Shown here piece by piece: positions 16,799 to 25,327 of a stretch of 32,000 nt of DNA (position 1 is its first letter; every line of letters begins with the position of its first letter). The notes beneath the pieces were generated by a model. The model had not been told where the DNA came from, did not search any database, and saw only the letters and a list, made by a program, of their open reading frames with translations. A program made the position numbers and the translations under genes. This DNA is from Acaryochloris marina S15 (lineage in GTDB: Bacteria; Cyanobacteriota; Cyanobacteriia; Thermosynechococcales; Thermosynechococcaceae): positions 1,200,001 through 1,232,000 of the forward strand of contig NZ_CP064923.1 in NCBI RefSeq assembly GCF_018336915.1. The letters run 5' to 3'.

Positions 16799-18742
16799 CT
16801 ACTCATCCACTGTGGTGCGAAAGCGGAATAACCCATAGGAATTATTGGGGGCTCCGGCTCCAGTTGAGTTGGGGAGATTCGGTAGATTGGGCATACCTGT
16901 TCCCGTATTGCCCGTTAAATTGAGGACAAACGTTCCGTTTCCATTGGGGCCTGGCAAGTTACACTCACTCGGTATCGCTGCATTGGGAGCGACAAACTGG
17001 GCGCGATCACTACTGTCATCCGCTGCGGTTAACGGTATGACTGCACTTGTTCCTAGCTGGAATTCTGCATCTCCGCTGGCGGTAAATGGAATGGGTTTAA
17101 AGGTTTGGAATGGCTGTATGCGATCGCAGATGGTTACCTCAAACGCAGGCCGCCCCCCAGCATTGAGAAAGTAAATCGTATATTCAATTTCATCCCCAGG
17201 TCTTACCAGGCCGCCACTGAAAGCACCATTTAAATAATTACTGGGCCAGCCAGCCTCGTTATCGTTAGTGGTGACATCATCAACAAACTGATTCAACACC
17301 GTATTGTCATTGGGATTAATAGTCCGGTTGCCATTGATCGCCGTGATACGTTTGACGAGAACCAGCTTTGGAGGAGGCTGGAGGGTTGTTGTCTTGGTAA
17401 TGGACAAGGTTTTGTTATTGGTCGGATCCACTCGCTGATCCATAAAAGATATGGCTTGAATCTCTGTGATATCAGTAGTACTTGCACCTGCTAGGGGCGT
17501 AACCCGCAAGATAAAACTTTGAGTTTGATTAGGGTTTAGAATCCCCGTATCTAGCTGGCCATCACCATCTGTATCCGTTAGGGTATTACCGCTGGCATCT
17601 AGTAACTGGACCGTATAGTTCGCATTGGTGCCAACGGGGTTGAGGTTGATAATGTCCGTGGTTAGAAATTCATTGGTGACAGTGAAAGGATGATCGACAG
17701 CTACACCAATCGTTGTTGATAGAGTCGTATCCGGAGTAATCGTAAAATCACCCGCCCGAGTCGGTGGTTCGTTAAAGAGTACTAAACGGTCCCCCGTTCC
17801 CGTATTTGCCTCCACAATCATTTGGTTGTTTCTGGATAAATTATTGACCCGCAGACCCCATAATCCAGCTTCAGAAAGGGTTAACCCGGCAATGGTATCG
17901 CCTCCAGTATTGAGCGTTCCGCTGTTATTCCAGCGGCCGTTGCCAGAGTTAGTGCCAGGAATCGTGGACCCATTGGGACGGGTGTAGGTCAACGTCCCGT
18001 TGCCATCAATGTCAAAGTTGCGGAGAAATAGACTCCCGGTCCCAGGTCCTACTAGAAAGTAAAACGGAATGGTCAAGCTTCCACTCTCATTATGTTGAGC
18101 GGTGCCCTGATATTGTCCGACTAAGCCCTGGGAGTTAGGGGGTAAGCTAGGGACATCTGGAATTCTGATTCTAAAGCTATTGTCATCGTTATTGAGAGCA
18201 GTGGTGTTGTCGCCAAAGATTGGGCCAGCACCGGTTTCACTAGTGATTTGGTAAGTACCAGCAGTACTGATCGTAAAATTAACCGTGGTATTATTCCCAC
18301 TGCCATCCACGGATGGATTGACGGTTTGAGTTTGTAAAACCGTATTCCCGTCGGCTGTCCGGAGTTGGAATCGAGTTGGGTCACTGGTTCCCGAAACTTC
18401 ATCTATAAAACCAGGACCTGCGACACTTTCTGCATCTTCAATGCTGACTGTGACACTTCCTCCCAATGCAGCCAGCATTTCGGGCGTGATATCGACGACA
18501 AATCGATGAATTCTATCGGTACTGGTGGTGGCTGCACCATTGCAAGCCCCTCCCCCACTGCTGCCATTCGTGGTATACCAATCTCCAATATTTGCACAGC
18601 GCAGCGGGCCACTCGTTTGAAGCTGCAAGTCACTGTTAGCGGGAAGTGTGGCGGCTATAGCTTTTGGAGTGGCAGTTGTCCAAGTCAATAGGGACAGTCC
18701 CAGCCATAAAGCATATCTAAATTGTTGTCGTCTCTTGTTCAT
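16799..18742 (-). CDS. Secreted Thr/Asn/Gly-rich beta-rich protein with Sec signal peptide; DUF11-like C-terminal module
   Basis: The N-terminus MNKRRQQFRYALWLGLSLLTWTTATPKAIA|AT has a basic n-region, a hydrophobic core and an AxA site. The body of the protein is beta-strand-like. It has an acidic TDTDGDGQLDTG loop and PGDEIEYTIYFLNAGGRPAFEVTICDRIQP (a DUF11 conserved-repeat style motif). There are four Cys in two pairs. It contains one HIP1 site. Confidence 0.8.
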   Translation of the reverse strand: MNKRRQQFRYALWLGLSLLTWTTATPKAIAATLPANSDLQLQTSGPLRCANIGDWYTTNGSSGGGACNGAATTSTDRIHRFVVDITPEMLAALGGSVTVSIEDAESVAGPGFIDEVSGTSDPTRFQLRTADGNTVLQTQTVNPSVDGSGNNTTVNFTISTAGTYQITSETGAGPIFGDNTTALNNDDNSFRIRIPDVPSLPPNSQGLVGQYQGTAQHNESGSLTIPFYFLVGPGTGSLFLRNFDIDGNGTLTYTRPNGSTIPGTNSGNGRWNNSGTLNTGGDTIAGLTLSEAGLWGLRVNNLSRNNQMIVEANTGTGDRLVLFNEPPTRAGDFTITPDTTLSTTIGVAVDHPFTVTNEFLTTDIINLNPVGTNANYTVQLLDASGNTLTDTDGDGQLDTGILNPNQTQSFILRVTPLAGASTTDITEIQAISFMDQRVDPTNNKTLSITKTTTLQPPPKLVLVKRITAINGNRTINPNDNTVLNQFVDDVTTNDNEAGWPSNYLNGAFSGGLVRPGDEIEYTIYFLNAGGRPAFEVTICDRIQPFQTFKPIPFTASGDAEFQLGTSAVIPLTAADDSSDRAQFVAPNAAIPSECNLPGPNGNGTFVLNLTGNTGTGMPNLPNLPNSTGAGAPNNSYGLFRFRTTVDE

Positions 18743-19155
18743 AGTTAAAAGAGATGGTGTTGTCCTTGAAATGGAAGCCTAGGTGCCTGTAGGCCGAAGA
18801 CCATAGCTATCCAATCCCAAAGCTTGAGCAGATAATTCTGGGCAGCAGAAACTAAGGCTGAAAAGCCTTTAGAGTCAAAGTCATATTTATCTAGCAGTAC
18901 GCTAGATTGAAAAATTTAGATTTATAAAATCAACGAACAAAACAGACTGTTTTGCTCACACCCCTCTGTTACATAATTTTTGATGTCTTGCGAACAACAG
19001 TTATTATTATTCGCTTGTCATGTTTTTCTGTAACTACTCTTAGTATGCTCAATATTTATGATTTCTAAATCACAGAAAATACTGATTTTACTAGGATCGC
19101 AAATAATTCTTTTGACTGTGCATAGCAAATACATTGAGCGATGCCATCCCAGAAA

Positions 19156-19165
19156 ATACGGATTT
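19156..19165 (+). promoter_or_regulatory. ATACGGATTT motif, copy 1
   Basis: Exact 10-mer. It recurs at 19210 and 25263, and the 8-mer core also occurs at 24046 and (reverse complement) 25205. Its function is unknown. Confidence 0.25.
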
Positions 19166-19209
19166 CTTGAGATGTAATCACGCTACTCGGCCAGTCCGCA
19201 ACAAGGAAT

Positions 19210-19219
19210 ATACGGATTT
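19210..19219 (+). promoter_or_regulatory. ATACGGATTT motif, copy 2 (extended match atatacggattta with 25261-25273)
   Basis: Exact 10-mer, 54 nt after copy 1. It is followed by GAAGGAGG (19238-19245) and a 14-codon ORF (19254-19298). Confidence 0.25.
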
Positions 19220-19777
19220 AGAGACGGTTCTTCAGTTGAAGGAGGTTTCGCTTATGGCATCGAACTCTGATGTAGCGGAGCAAACCGTTCTAACTTGAGG
19301 GATAAAGACAGAACAATTTATAGAGAGAGACCTAAAGCGTTACTCATACAGAGGGACAGATACGCTCTGCCTGACTCTCTAACAGTATGACCAGGGCTTG
19401 TATACAAACATGTTTTATTTACGATTTAAATCTGTATATCTTTGAGCACTAGATCTAAAAATTGGTGATTACAAATAAAAACATAGAAGAATCGACTAGA
19501 CAGGGTGACTCCAAGAAATAGGAGCTGAGCGTAACTTTCCCAATGATGGGTATTAATACTGACGAAGATAGGGTGTAGTGTGTGGCCATCTACTACATTG
19601 AAAGTGCTCAAAAGAGATGAATCTACCCCGAATGGAGATGGCTTTGTATGGGTTATTGCTATTCGGGATAAGCGGACACCCGTCATTTCTTGCCTAGCCT
19701 AAAACCTATCGTCTGTCGTCGTCAGACCTTAAACATGGAATCCCGACTAGAAAGACAAAGCGGGACATGAGGCTGTT

Positions 19778-21271
19778 CTAGGACCCCTCTAGGAAAGGTT
19801 GAAGATTGAGGTAGGGAGCTATGGCATCTGTGACTTGGTCCAGCATATGGTCTCGATAGACTTCATAATCTGAAATCTCAAGGGAGAGAGGAGGCAAATG
19901 TTTCTGGGCTCGCAACTGATTCAACCACACACGTCGCCAGGGCCCATTGTTAAATATCCCGTGTAAATAGGTTCCCAGGGTGCGATGGTTGCAACTCGCT
20001 ACACCTAATGCCGGATCGTCGAACCACGCTTGCACCGCTTCTGGCTGTAAGACCTTGGTTTGACCTTGATGAATTTCATAGCCCTGTACAGTTCTCGCCT
20101 CATTGCCTAAAGCAGAACAGTAGGCTGGCAATGTAATTTGGGTTTGGCGCTGGCGCGTAATCTTGTCCCCAGTCATGGTGGTCTGGAGAGGGAGCAGTCC
20201 TAGTCCTGGAAACTCACCCGATTGACCTTCAGTGCCCTGGGGATCTGCGATCGTTTGCCCCAGCATTTGCAGACCACCACAAATGCCTAAGACCATTCCT
20301 CCTGCTTGGCTATAGGCGAGGAGTTGATCCGCCATACCCGAGACCTGGAGCTGCTGCAGGTCTGAAATGGTGGTCTTAGACCCTGGCACAATCACGGCAT
20401 CGGGTTGGCCTAAGGGTTGATGAGGACTAACAAACTGCAAACGCACGGATGGCTCGGCTTCTAGCGGATCAAAATCCGTGAAATTCGAGATGCGAGACAG
20501 ACGGATCACCGCAATGGTTAGCTCGGCATTGGGTTTGGTTCGGCGTCGTTCAAATAGATCTAAGGAGTCTTCTGCTGGTAAAGAGTGCTCTAGCCAGGGA
20601 ATCACGCCCACTACGGGAATACCCGTCCGGTCTTCTAGCCAGGTAATGCCGGATTCCAGTAGCGATCGTTGCCCGCGAAACTTGTTAATCACAAATCCTT
20701 TAATCAGGGCGCGCTCATCGAGGTCGAGCAGTTCTAAGGTACCGACGATATGGGCAAACACACCGCCCCGATCAATATCTGCGACTAATAGCGTAGGGGC
20801 ATTGAGATGTTTGGCGACTCGCATATTCGTAAGATCGCGATGCTTGAGATTAATCTCAGCAGGACTGCCTGCGCCTTCACAGACGATCCAATCAAATTCC
20901 TGCTGGAGGATAGCCAATGCGGCTGTAATAGCCTGCCAACCCCGATCAAAATAATCACGATAATAGTCGGCGGCTTGGGTTCTGCCGACGGCTTTGCCAT
21001 TGAGGATCACCTGGGAGGTCATATCTCCCTGGGGCTTGAGCAAAATGGGGTTCATTTCTACCCGAGGTTCGAGACCTGCAGCCCAGGCTTGCACGGCTTG
21101 GGCATGGCCGATTTCATCGCCAGCATCGGTGACATAGGCATTGAGGGCCATATTTTGCCCTTTAAAAGGAGTCACCCGGTAGCCTTGGCGCTTGAGCATC
21201 CGGCAAATAACCGCCGCCATGATCGATTTCCCGGCATGGGAGGTGGTCCCGACCACCATGATCGCGCCCAT
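19778..21271 (-). CDS. cobQ: Cobyric acid synthase
   Basis: IMVVGTTSHAGKS P-loop (CobQ/CobB/MinD type N-domain). The C-terminal glutamine amidotransferase has VIVPGSKTT...VLGICGGLQMLG and a late YLHGIF. I start it at ATG 21271 (MGAIMVVG...), which overlaps the upstream stop as TAATG. Confidence 0.94.
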   Translation of the reverse strand: MGAIMVVGTTSHAGKSIMAAVICRMLKRQGYRVTPFKGQNMALNAYVTDAGDEIGHAQAVQAWAAGLEPRVEMNPILLKPQGDMTSQVILNGKAVGRTQAADYYRDYFDRGWQAITAALAILQQEFDWIVCEGAGSPAEINLKHRDLTNMRVAKHLNAPTLLVADIDRGGVFAHIVGTLELLDLDERALIKGFVINKFRGQRSLLESGITWLEDRTGIPVVGVIPWLEHSLPAEDSLDLFERRRTKPNAELTIAVIRLSRISNFTDFDPLEAEPSVRLQFVSPHQPLGQPDAVIVPGSKTTISDLQQLQVSGMADQLLAYSQAGGMVLGICGGLQMLGQTIADPQGTEGQSGEFPGLGLLPLQTTMTGDKITRQRQTQITLPAYCSALGNEARTVQGYEIHQGQTKVLQPEAVQAWFDDPALGVASCNHRTLGTYLHGIFNNGPWRRVWLNQLRAQKHLPPLSLEISDYEVYRDHMLDQVTDAIAPYLNLQPFLEGS

Positions 21272-21648
21272 TAAACGGGAATCCTGACCCAGCGCTGACA
21301 AAGGTTTTGGAATCGGTCTGAGAGGGAAGGTTTAGGAATGTCTTTGCCCTGATGCTGCCATTGATCAATCAGCTGACGGCCCAAGGGGGTGAGGCGAAAA
21401 CTATCGGTAAGGCCCTGGCCATCCACTTCTCGGCGCAGAAGGCCCACCTGGATCAGCCACAGTAAGGTATCTTCGGCTTGCCGTTCAGATAGGGCAGTTT
21501 GGGTATAGCCTGCGGTAACGCCACTGCGATCGCACATTTCCTGAAGAGATACACTTTGCGATCGCATCATCATCAATAAATGAATCGTAAAGGGACTGCA
21601 AGCCACAGCCCGGACAGCACGGTTAATCGTAGAACGGGGATAATGCAT
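21271..21648 (-). CDS. Hypothetical small protein, possibly wHTH-like, translationally coupled to cobQ
   Basis: 125-aa ORF with host-like composition and two HIP1 sites inside. Its stop codon shares one base with the cobQ ATG. SLQEMCDRSGVTAGYTQTALSERQAEDTLLWLIQVGLLRRE looks like helix-turn-helix plus a wing (inference). Confidence 0.6.
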   Translation of the reverse strand: MHYPRSTINRAVRAVACSPFTIHLLMMMRSQSVSLQEMCDRSGVTAGYTQTALSERQAEDTLLWLIQVGLLRREVDGQGLTDSFRLTPLGRQLIDQWQHQGKDIPKPSLSDRFQNLCQRWVRIPV

Positions 21649-21687
21649 GAATAGAGCGGACAGACGATTCCTTAACTGTAATCCGAA

Positions 21688-22920
21688 TTAGGTAGAAGAT
21701 AATTCAGGATTGACTGGATCCGTGGTCGGCTCGCTCGTTTCAGGAGCAACAAAGGCTGTGGGTAAACCTGCCGGGAGAGCTGTAGGTTCTTTATCTGTCG
21801 TTGTATCCGTCGAGTCTAGCTGTCGTTTAGCTTCTTGCCACAGAGCTTCTAATTCTTCAAAAGAATGATCGGCCAAGGGCTTGGCCGTTTGAGACTCAAT
21901 ATTAGCGATGCGATCAATCAGCTTTTTATTCGTACTACGCAGGGCAGAGGTGGGATCGAGCTGGCACCACCGAGCCACATTCACTAGGGTAAAGAACAAG
22001 TCACCCAATTCCGACAGTTGATGGTCCGTATCGCTTTGCAGCAGAGATTCCTGGAATTCAGCTAGCTCCTCATAGAACTTAGTCCAAACATCATTGAGAT
22101 CTTGCCACTCTAGGCCTGCTGCCGCCGCCTTTTCCGACAGTTTTAGCCCGGCCATCAGGGGCGGCAAACTGCGGGTATAGCGCTGCATCTTGTCGCTCAA
22201 TGCTTGAGGTTTGTCCAGGGATTCACCTTTCTCAGCAGCTTTGATCTCTTCCCAATTGGCCCGCACTTCCTCAATGCTGTTGGCTTCCACATCCGCAAAC
22301 ACATGGGGATGGCGGCGAATCAGCTTCTTAGTAATGCCTTGGGCAATTTCTTCTAGACTAAACTGGTTCTGCTCACAAGCGATCTGGGCTTGTAGAACCA
22401 CTTGTAGGAGCAAATCTCCTAACTCTTCAGTAATGGCTTCTGCACTGCCAGACTGGATAGCATCAATGGTTTCATAAGCTTCTTCAATAATGTAAGGAGT
22501 GAGGCTTTGGGGGGTTTGCTCTAGATCCCAAGGACAGCCGCCATCGGGAGATCTCAACTTAGCCACCACTTCCACCAGCTGCTGAACAGCGATTGTCACT
22601 GCCGATACCTGGGCAGGCAAGTACACATTGGCCGGGTAGGAAATGCCTTTCTTCTCACCAATTTGCTCTAGGGTTGTTTGCGACAGTTGCGGGTCTTCAG
22701 CTGTTAGCTCTCCCACAATACTGACGGGATAATCTAAAGGGAACGCGGCTTGCAGAGCTGCATGTAAGGTCCGCATCACCGAGGCGGATTCGATTTGAGT
22801 AATTAGCACTGGAACGTGGAGCTGGACGCCCTCAGTCAAGACACTGGCTGCCGTGACAATTTGCAATTTGGCGGGAGTTTCGGGGCTTGGCATGGCATCA
22901 CAATTGTGAGGGCTAACCAT
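21688..22920 (-). CDS. mazG: MazG-family nucleoside triphosphate pyrophosphohydrolase with extra N- and C-terminal regions
   Basis: CPWDLEQTPQSLTPYIIEEAYETIDAI and ELGDLLLQVVLQAQIA form the first MazG EExxE-type module. ELAEFQE...ELGDLFFTLVNVARW forms the second. It has a roughly 110-aa N-terminal extension and a Thr/Pro/Glu-rich C-tail. Confidence 0.9.
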   Translation of the reverse strand: MVSPHNCDAMPSPETPAKLQIVTAASVLTEGVQLHVPVLITQIESASVMRTLHAALQAAFPLDYPVSIVGELTAEDPQLSQTTLEQIGEKKGISYPANVYLPAQVSAVTIAVQQLVEVVAKLRSPDGGCPWDLEQTPQSLTPYIIEEAYETIDAIQSGSAEAITEELGDLLLQVVLQAQIACEQNQFSLEEIAQGITKKLIRRHPHVFADVEANSIEEVRANWEEIKAAEKGESLDKPQALSDKMQRYTRSLPPLMAGLKLSEKAAAAGLEWQDLNDVWTKFYEELAEFQESLLQSDTDHQLSELGDLFFTLVNVARWCQLDPTSALRSTNKKLIDRIANIESQTAKPLADHSFEELEALWQEAKRQLDSTDTTTDKEPTALPAGLPTAFVAPETSEPTTDPVNPELSST

Positions 22921-22998
22921 ATGATGCGTTATTTACCAGTTATATAGCCAGTAATTCAAATGAAGTGATCAAGATTTCTGGCAACGAAGTTGAGAACC

Positions 22999-23514
22999 TT
23001 AAGGCTTAAGCCGCTTTAATGTTCTCTTATATAGAGAGCTAAGGCCATCACTAAAAGAATGACTCATGGCTCCTATCTCTAGACCCAGTAAAATAGCCAG
23101 TCCTTCCGGTAGATATTGCTGACTATACTGTTCCGCCTGCTGTAGGAGTTGCTGACTATCCACAGGGACCCCCCCCACCTGGGTGAGCAAGATTCCTGCT
23201 AGTGTAGCCCCTAACCCGAGCCAAACTCCTAGATAGAGCAACCTCAGTATCGTGCCAACAATGGGGCCATGGGATAGCCAAGAGCGATGGTGCAATGCCT
23301 TGCGATAGGGCAACCAAATAACTCTCAGCCATCCCCACCGTTTGTATTGGACGGAGTAGATATCGAGATCTGGGCCAAACATCAACCCACTGAAGAGAAA
23401 GGCACCACTGAGACAGAGAGTCAGACTAGCACTCCGACTCAGAACAAGGGTAACGATAGCAACGCCGGGAAGCATCCCTAAGGTGATTTGGTCATGGGTG
23501 CGGCCGGAGGGCAT
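22999..23514 (-). CDS. Membrane-associated putative metal-binding protein (DUF2227-like)
   Basis: MPSGRTHDQITL start, several TM helices, and His-rich HHRSWLSHGP. The family name is recalled from memory. Confidence 0.68.
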   Translation of the reverse strand: MPSGRTHDQITLGMLPGVAIVTLVLSRSASLTLCLSGAFLFSGLMFGPDLDIYSVQYKRWGWLRVIWLPYRKALHHRSWLSHGPIVGTILRLLYLGVWLGLGATLAGILLTQVGGVPVDSQQLLQQAEQYSQQYLPEGLAILLGLEIGAMSHSFSDGLSSLYKRTLKRLKP

Positions 23515-23620
23515 AGGAAAAGCCGGAGCAAAGTTGCATCCATTATGCTGGATTTGTTGAATTTGTGGGTAAAGCTAGCAACAGTCTGCTACAATACATT
23601 TTCGATTGCTTCAATCGTAA

Positions 23621-23693
<73 letters not shown>

Positions 23694-23717
23694 TTCAAAA
23701 CAAACCATAATACTAAA

Positions 23718-23745
23718 CTCACGGCGTGTATGTGAGCAGTTTTTA
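23718..23745 (+). terminator. Possible weak terminator after tRNA-Val
   Basis: CTCAC-ggcgtgtat-GTGAG followed by cagttttt. The stem is only 5 bp. Confidence 0.3.
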
Positions 23746-24723
23746 GCTAGCTATTTTGGTATTGCATTATCTATCGTGGCTGAAATTAAGCAATGTTTAA
23801 GGCGAAATTTTTCTGTGTTTAGAACAAAATGTTGATAAATTGAAGCTTGTCTAAATTGATAGATAGAGTAGGTAATCTTGAAATTATAAATCTTATTGTT
23901 CTCTCTCAATAGCTGAATTTTTACTGTGAATAAATAGTTGAATATATTTTTAAAGAAATAATAGAAGGCAAAAGCATCTGAAATGCGAATACTTTTATTA
24001 TGGAATAATTAATTCTTTCAAGTTATACAAAACAAAACCAAAGTTATACGGATATTGGTTATTCTCAAACGCTATCTCAAACAATGGGTTGCCATACTGA
24101 TTCAGAGAAGAAAGCTTATCCGCTTCTAGTTTTTAGCTTGGCAACTAAGAGTTATGTCATCTCATGCCTTAGATCAAAATCTATCAGCATGCATGATAAT
24201 TCACTGACTAAGCTATATAAAGAATGGGGCCATATGATTTTTTGGATAATTGATTTCTAAATAAATAATTAATTATCTTAAGTCTGACTTAGAAATTTAT
24301 TCCAACAAGTAGAATAAATTTTAAGGATCATTACCTATTTCATTTATTCATGATTGCATGCACTTTTAATTAAAGTTGAGCAATCAGTACATCTGCCAAA
24401 ACATTAGCTTTTTTCTTCTGAGGAATATCCATAGAACCATAAGCAATAAGGTATTATATGGCTGGCAACCCGAATTCAACCCTTCTGGGCAACGAGCTTT
24501 TCGGCAATTTCTCACAACGTAACAGTAATTCAGATTTGATTAGGCGTTTAGGCACAGAGAATAGTCTCTATACGACAGTCCGTCTCTGCGTCTTCACCCC
24601 AAACTCTGATAACTAGCATTCACGTACTTTCCCACTTCCATACATAGACATAGCGTCAAGAGCTAACCGGGATGCTCATGGACGATGGTCTGAAAAGCTT
24701 GCCCTGGCTACCATGGCTATAAG

Positions 24724-24975
24724 TCAGGCACTGAGCTTCCATGCTTTAGCTAGATCTAGTACTGCCTTCTCAAGTGACTCATATTGCCATCTAGATGGTT
24801 GGGTTTTCCCAACACTTGTCGAGGCAATGCAAGTCCGATCGATGTCCATATTCTGATCAAAGATGGCATCATCGCGACCTACAACGATGCAAGCCGTTAC
24901 CCATATTTTGTGTTCAAACTCTTTCTGGAATTTTTCGATAGAGTACGCAGACTTTCTCTGGCACTTCAAAACCAT
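24724..24975 (-). CDS. Hypothetical 83-aa ORF, possibly a gene remnant
   Basis: The only ORF of 60 aa or more between the tRNA and the metalloprotease gene. The frame stays open a further 28 codons upstream without a start codon, which suggests truncation. No motif recognised. Confidence 0.25.
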   Translation of the reverse strand: MVLKCQRKSAYSIEKFQKEFEHKIWVTACIVVGRDDAIFDQNMDIDRTCIASTSVGKTQPSRWQYESLEKAVLDLAKAWKLSA

Positions 24976-25262
24976 AGGTTTACCATAAGTAATTTTATTC
25001 TTTTTTGATGTAAAAACTATTTCAATAGTTATGCATGAGATGAAGGATAGAAAATAAATCTAGGCAATATCGTAGCCAGAGCTATGTGATAAGGCAAGAG
25101 ATTAATATTCTCAAGAAAAATATTTTGTGATTAGGGAATTTTAACGTCAATTCAAAATCTACTGATCTAGTCAGTAGATACAAAAAGGTTGTCTTCCTCG
25201 CTATATCCGTATCCTGAATTACTTCACAGGTGTATCCACTATGTGATAAAAACTCTAAGGAT

Positions 25263-25272
25263 ATACGGATTT
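25263..25272 (+). promoter_or_regulatory. ATACGGATTT motif, copy 3, 56 nt upstream of the metalloprotease ATG
   Basis: Exact 10-mer. An inverted 8-mer core ATCCGTAT lies at 25205-25212. It is followed by a purine-rich run (aaaggggga) and a 7-codon ORF (25286-25309), then AGGAGG (25318-25323) and ATG 25328. Confidence 0.25.
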
Positions 25273-25327
25273 AAAGGGGGAGCTTATGTCTCTAAAACTT
25301 GTAAATTAATGATCCTTAGGAGGATAT

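Noticed and set aside
19426-19686. 86-aa minus-strand ORF in the 1-kb spacer
   Set aside because: The composition is that of AT-rich noncoding DNA, with no start context and no motif. It would be transcribed toward the secreted-protein gene, but nothing supports that it codes.
20478-21368. Several ORFs of 68-158 aa antisense to or overlapping cobQ (20478-20954 +, 20807-21274 +, 20785-21000 -, 21162-21368 -)
   Set aside because: They lie inside a confidently identified cobQ, and their translations have no motifs and skewed Arg/Ser composition.
21302-21687. Looked for a cobalamin riboswitch or B12-box upstream of cobQ
   Set aside because: The region is occupied by a 125-aa ORF coupled to cobQ. 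I could not recognise a B12-box-like core. An Infernal/Rfam scan would be needed to exclude it formally.
24084-24616. Two sub-threshold plus-strand ORFs in the tRNA-adjacent tract (58 codons at 24084-24260; 52 codons at 24458-24616, MAGNPNSTLLGNELFGN...)
   Set aside because: No RBS and no recognisable motif. AT-rich DNA still yields occasional ORFs of this size, so at best they are gene remnants.
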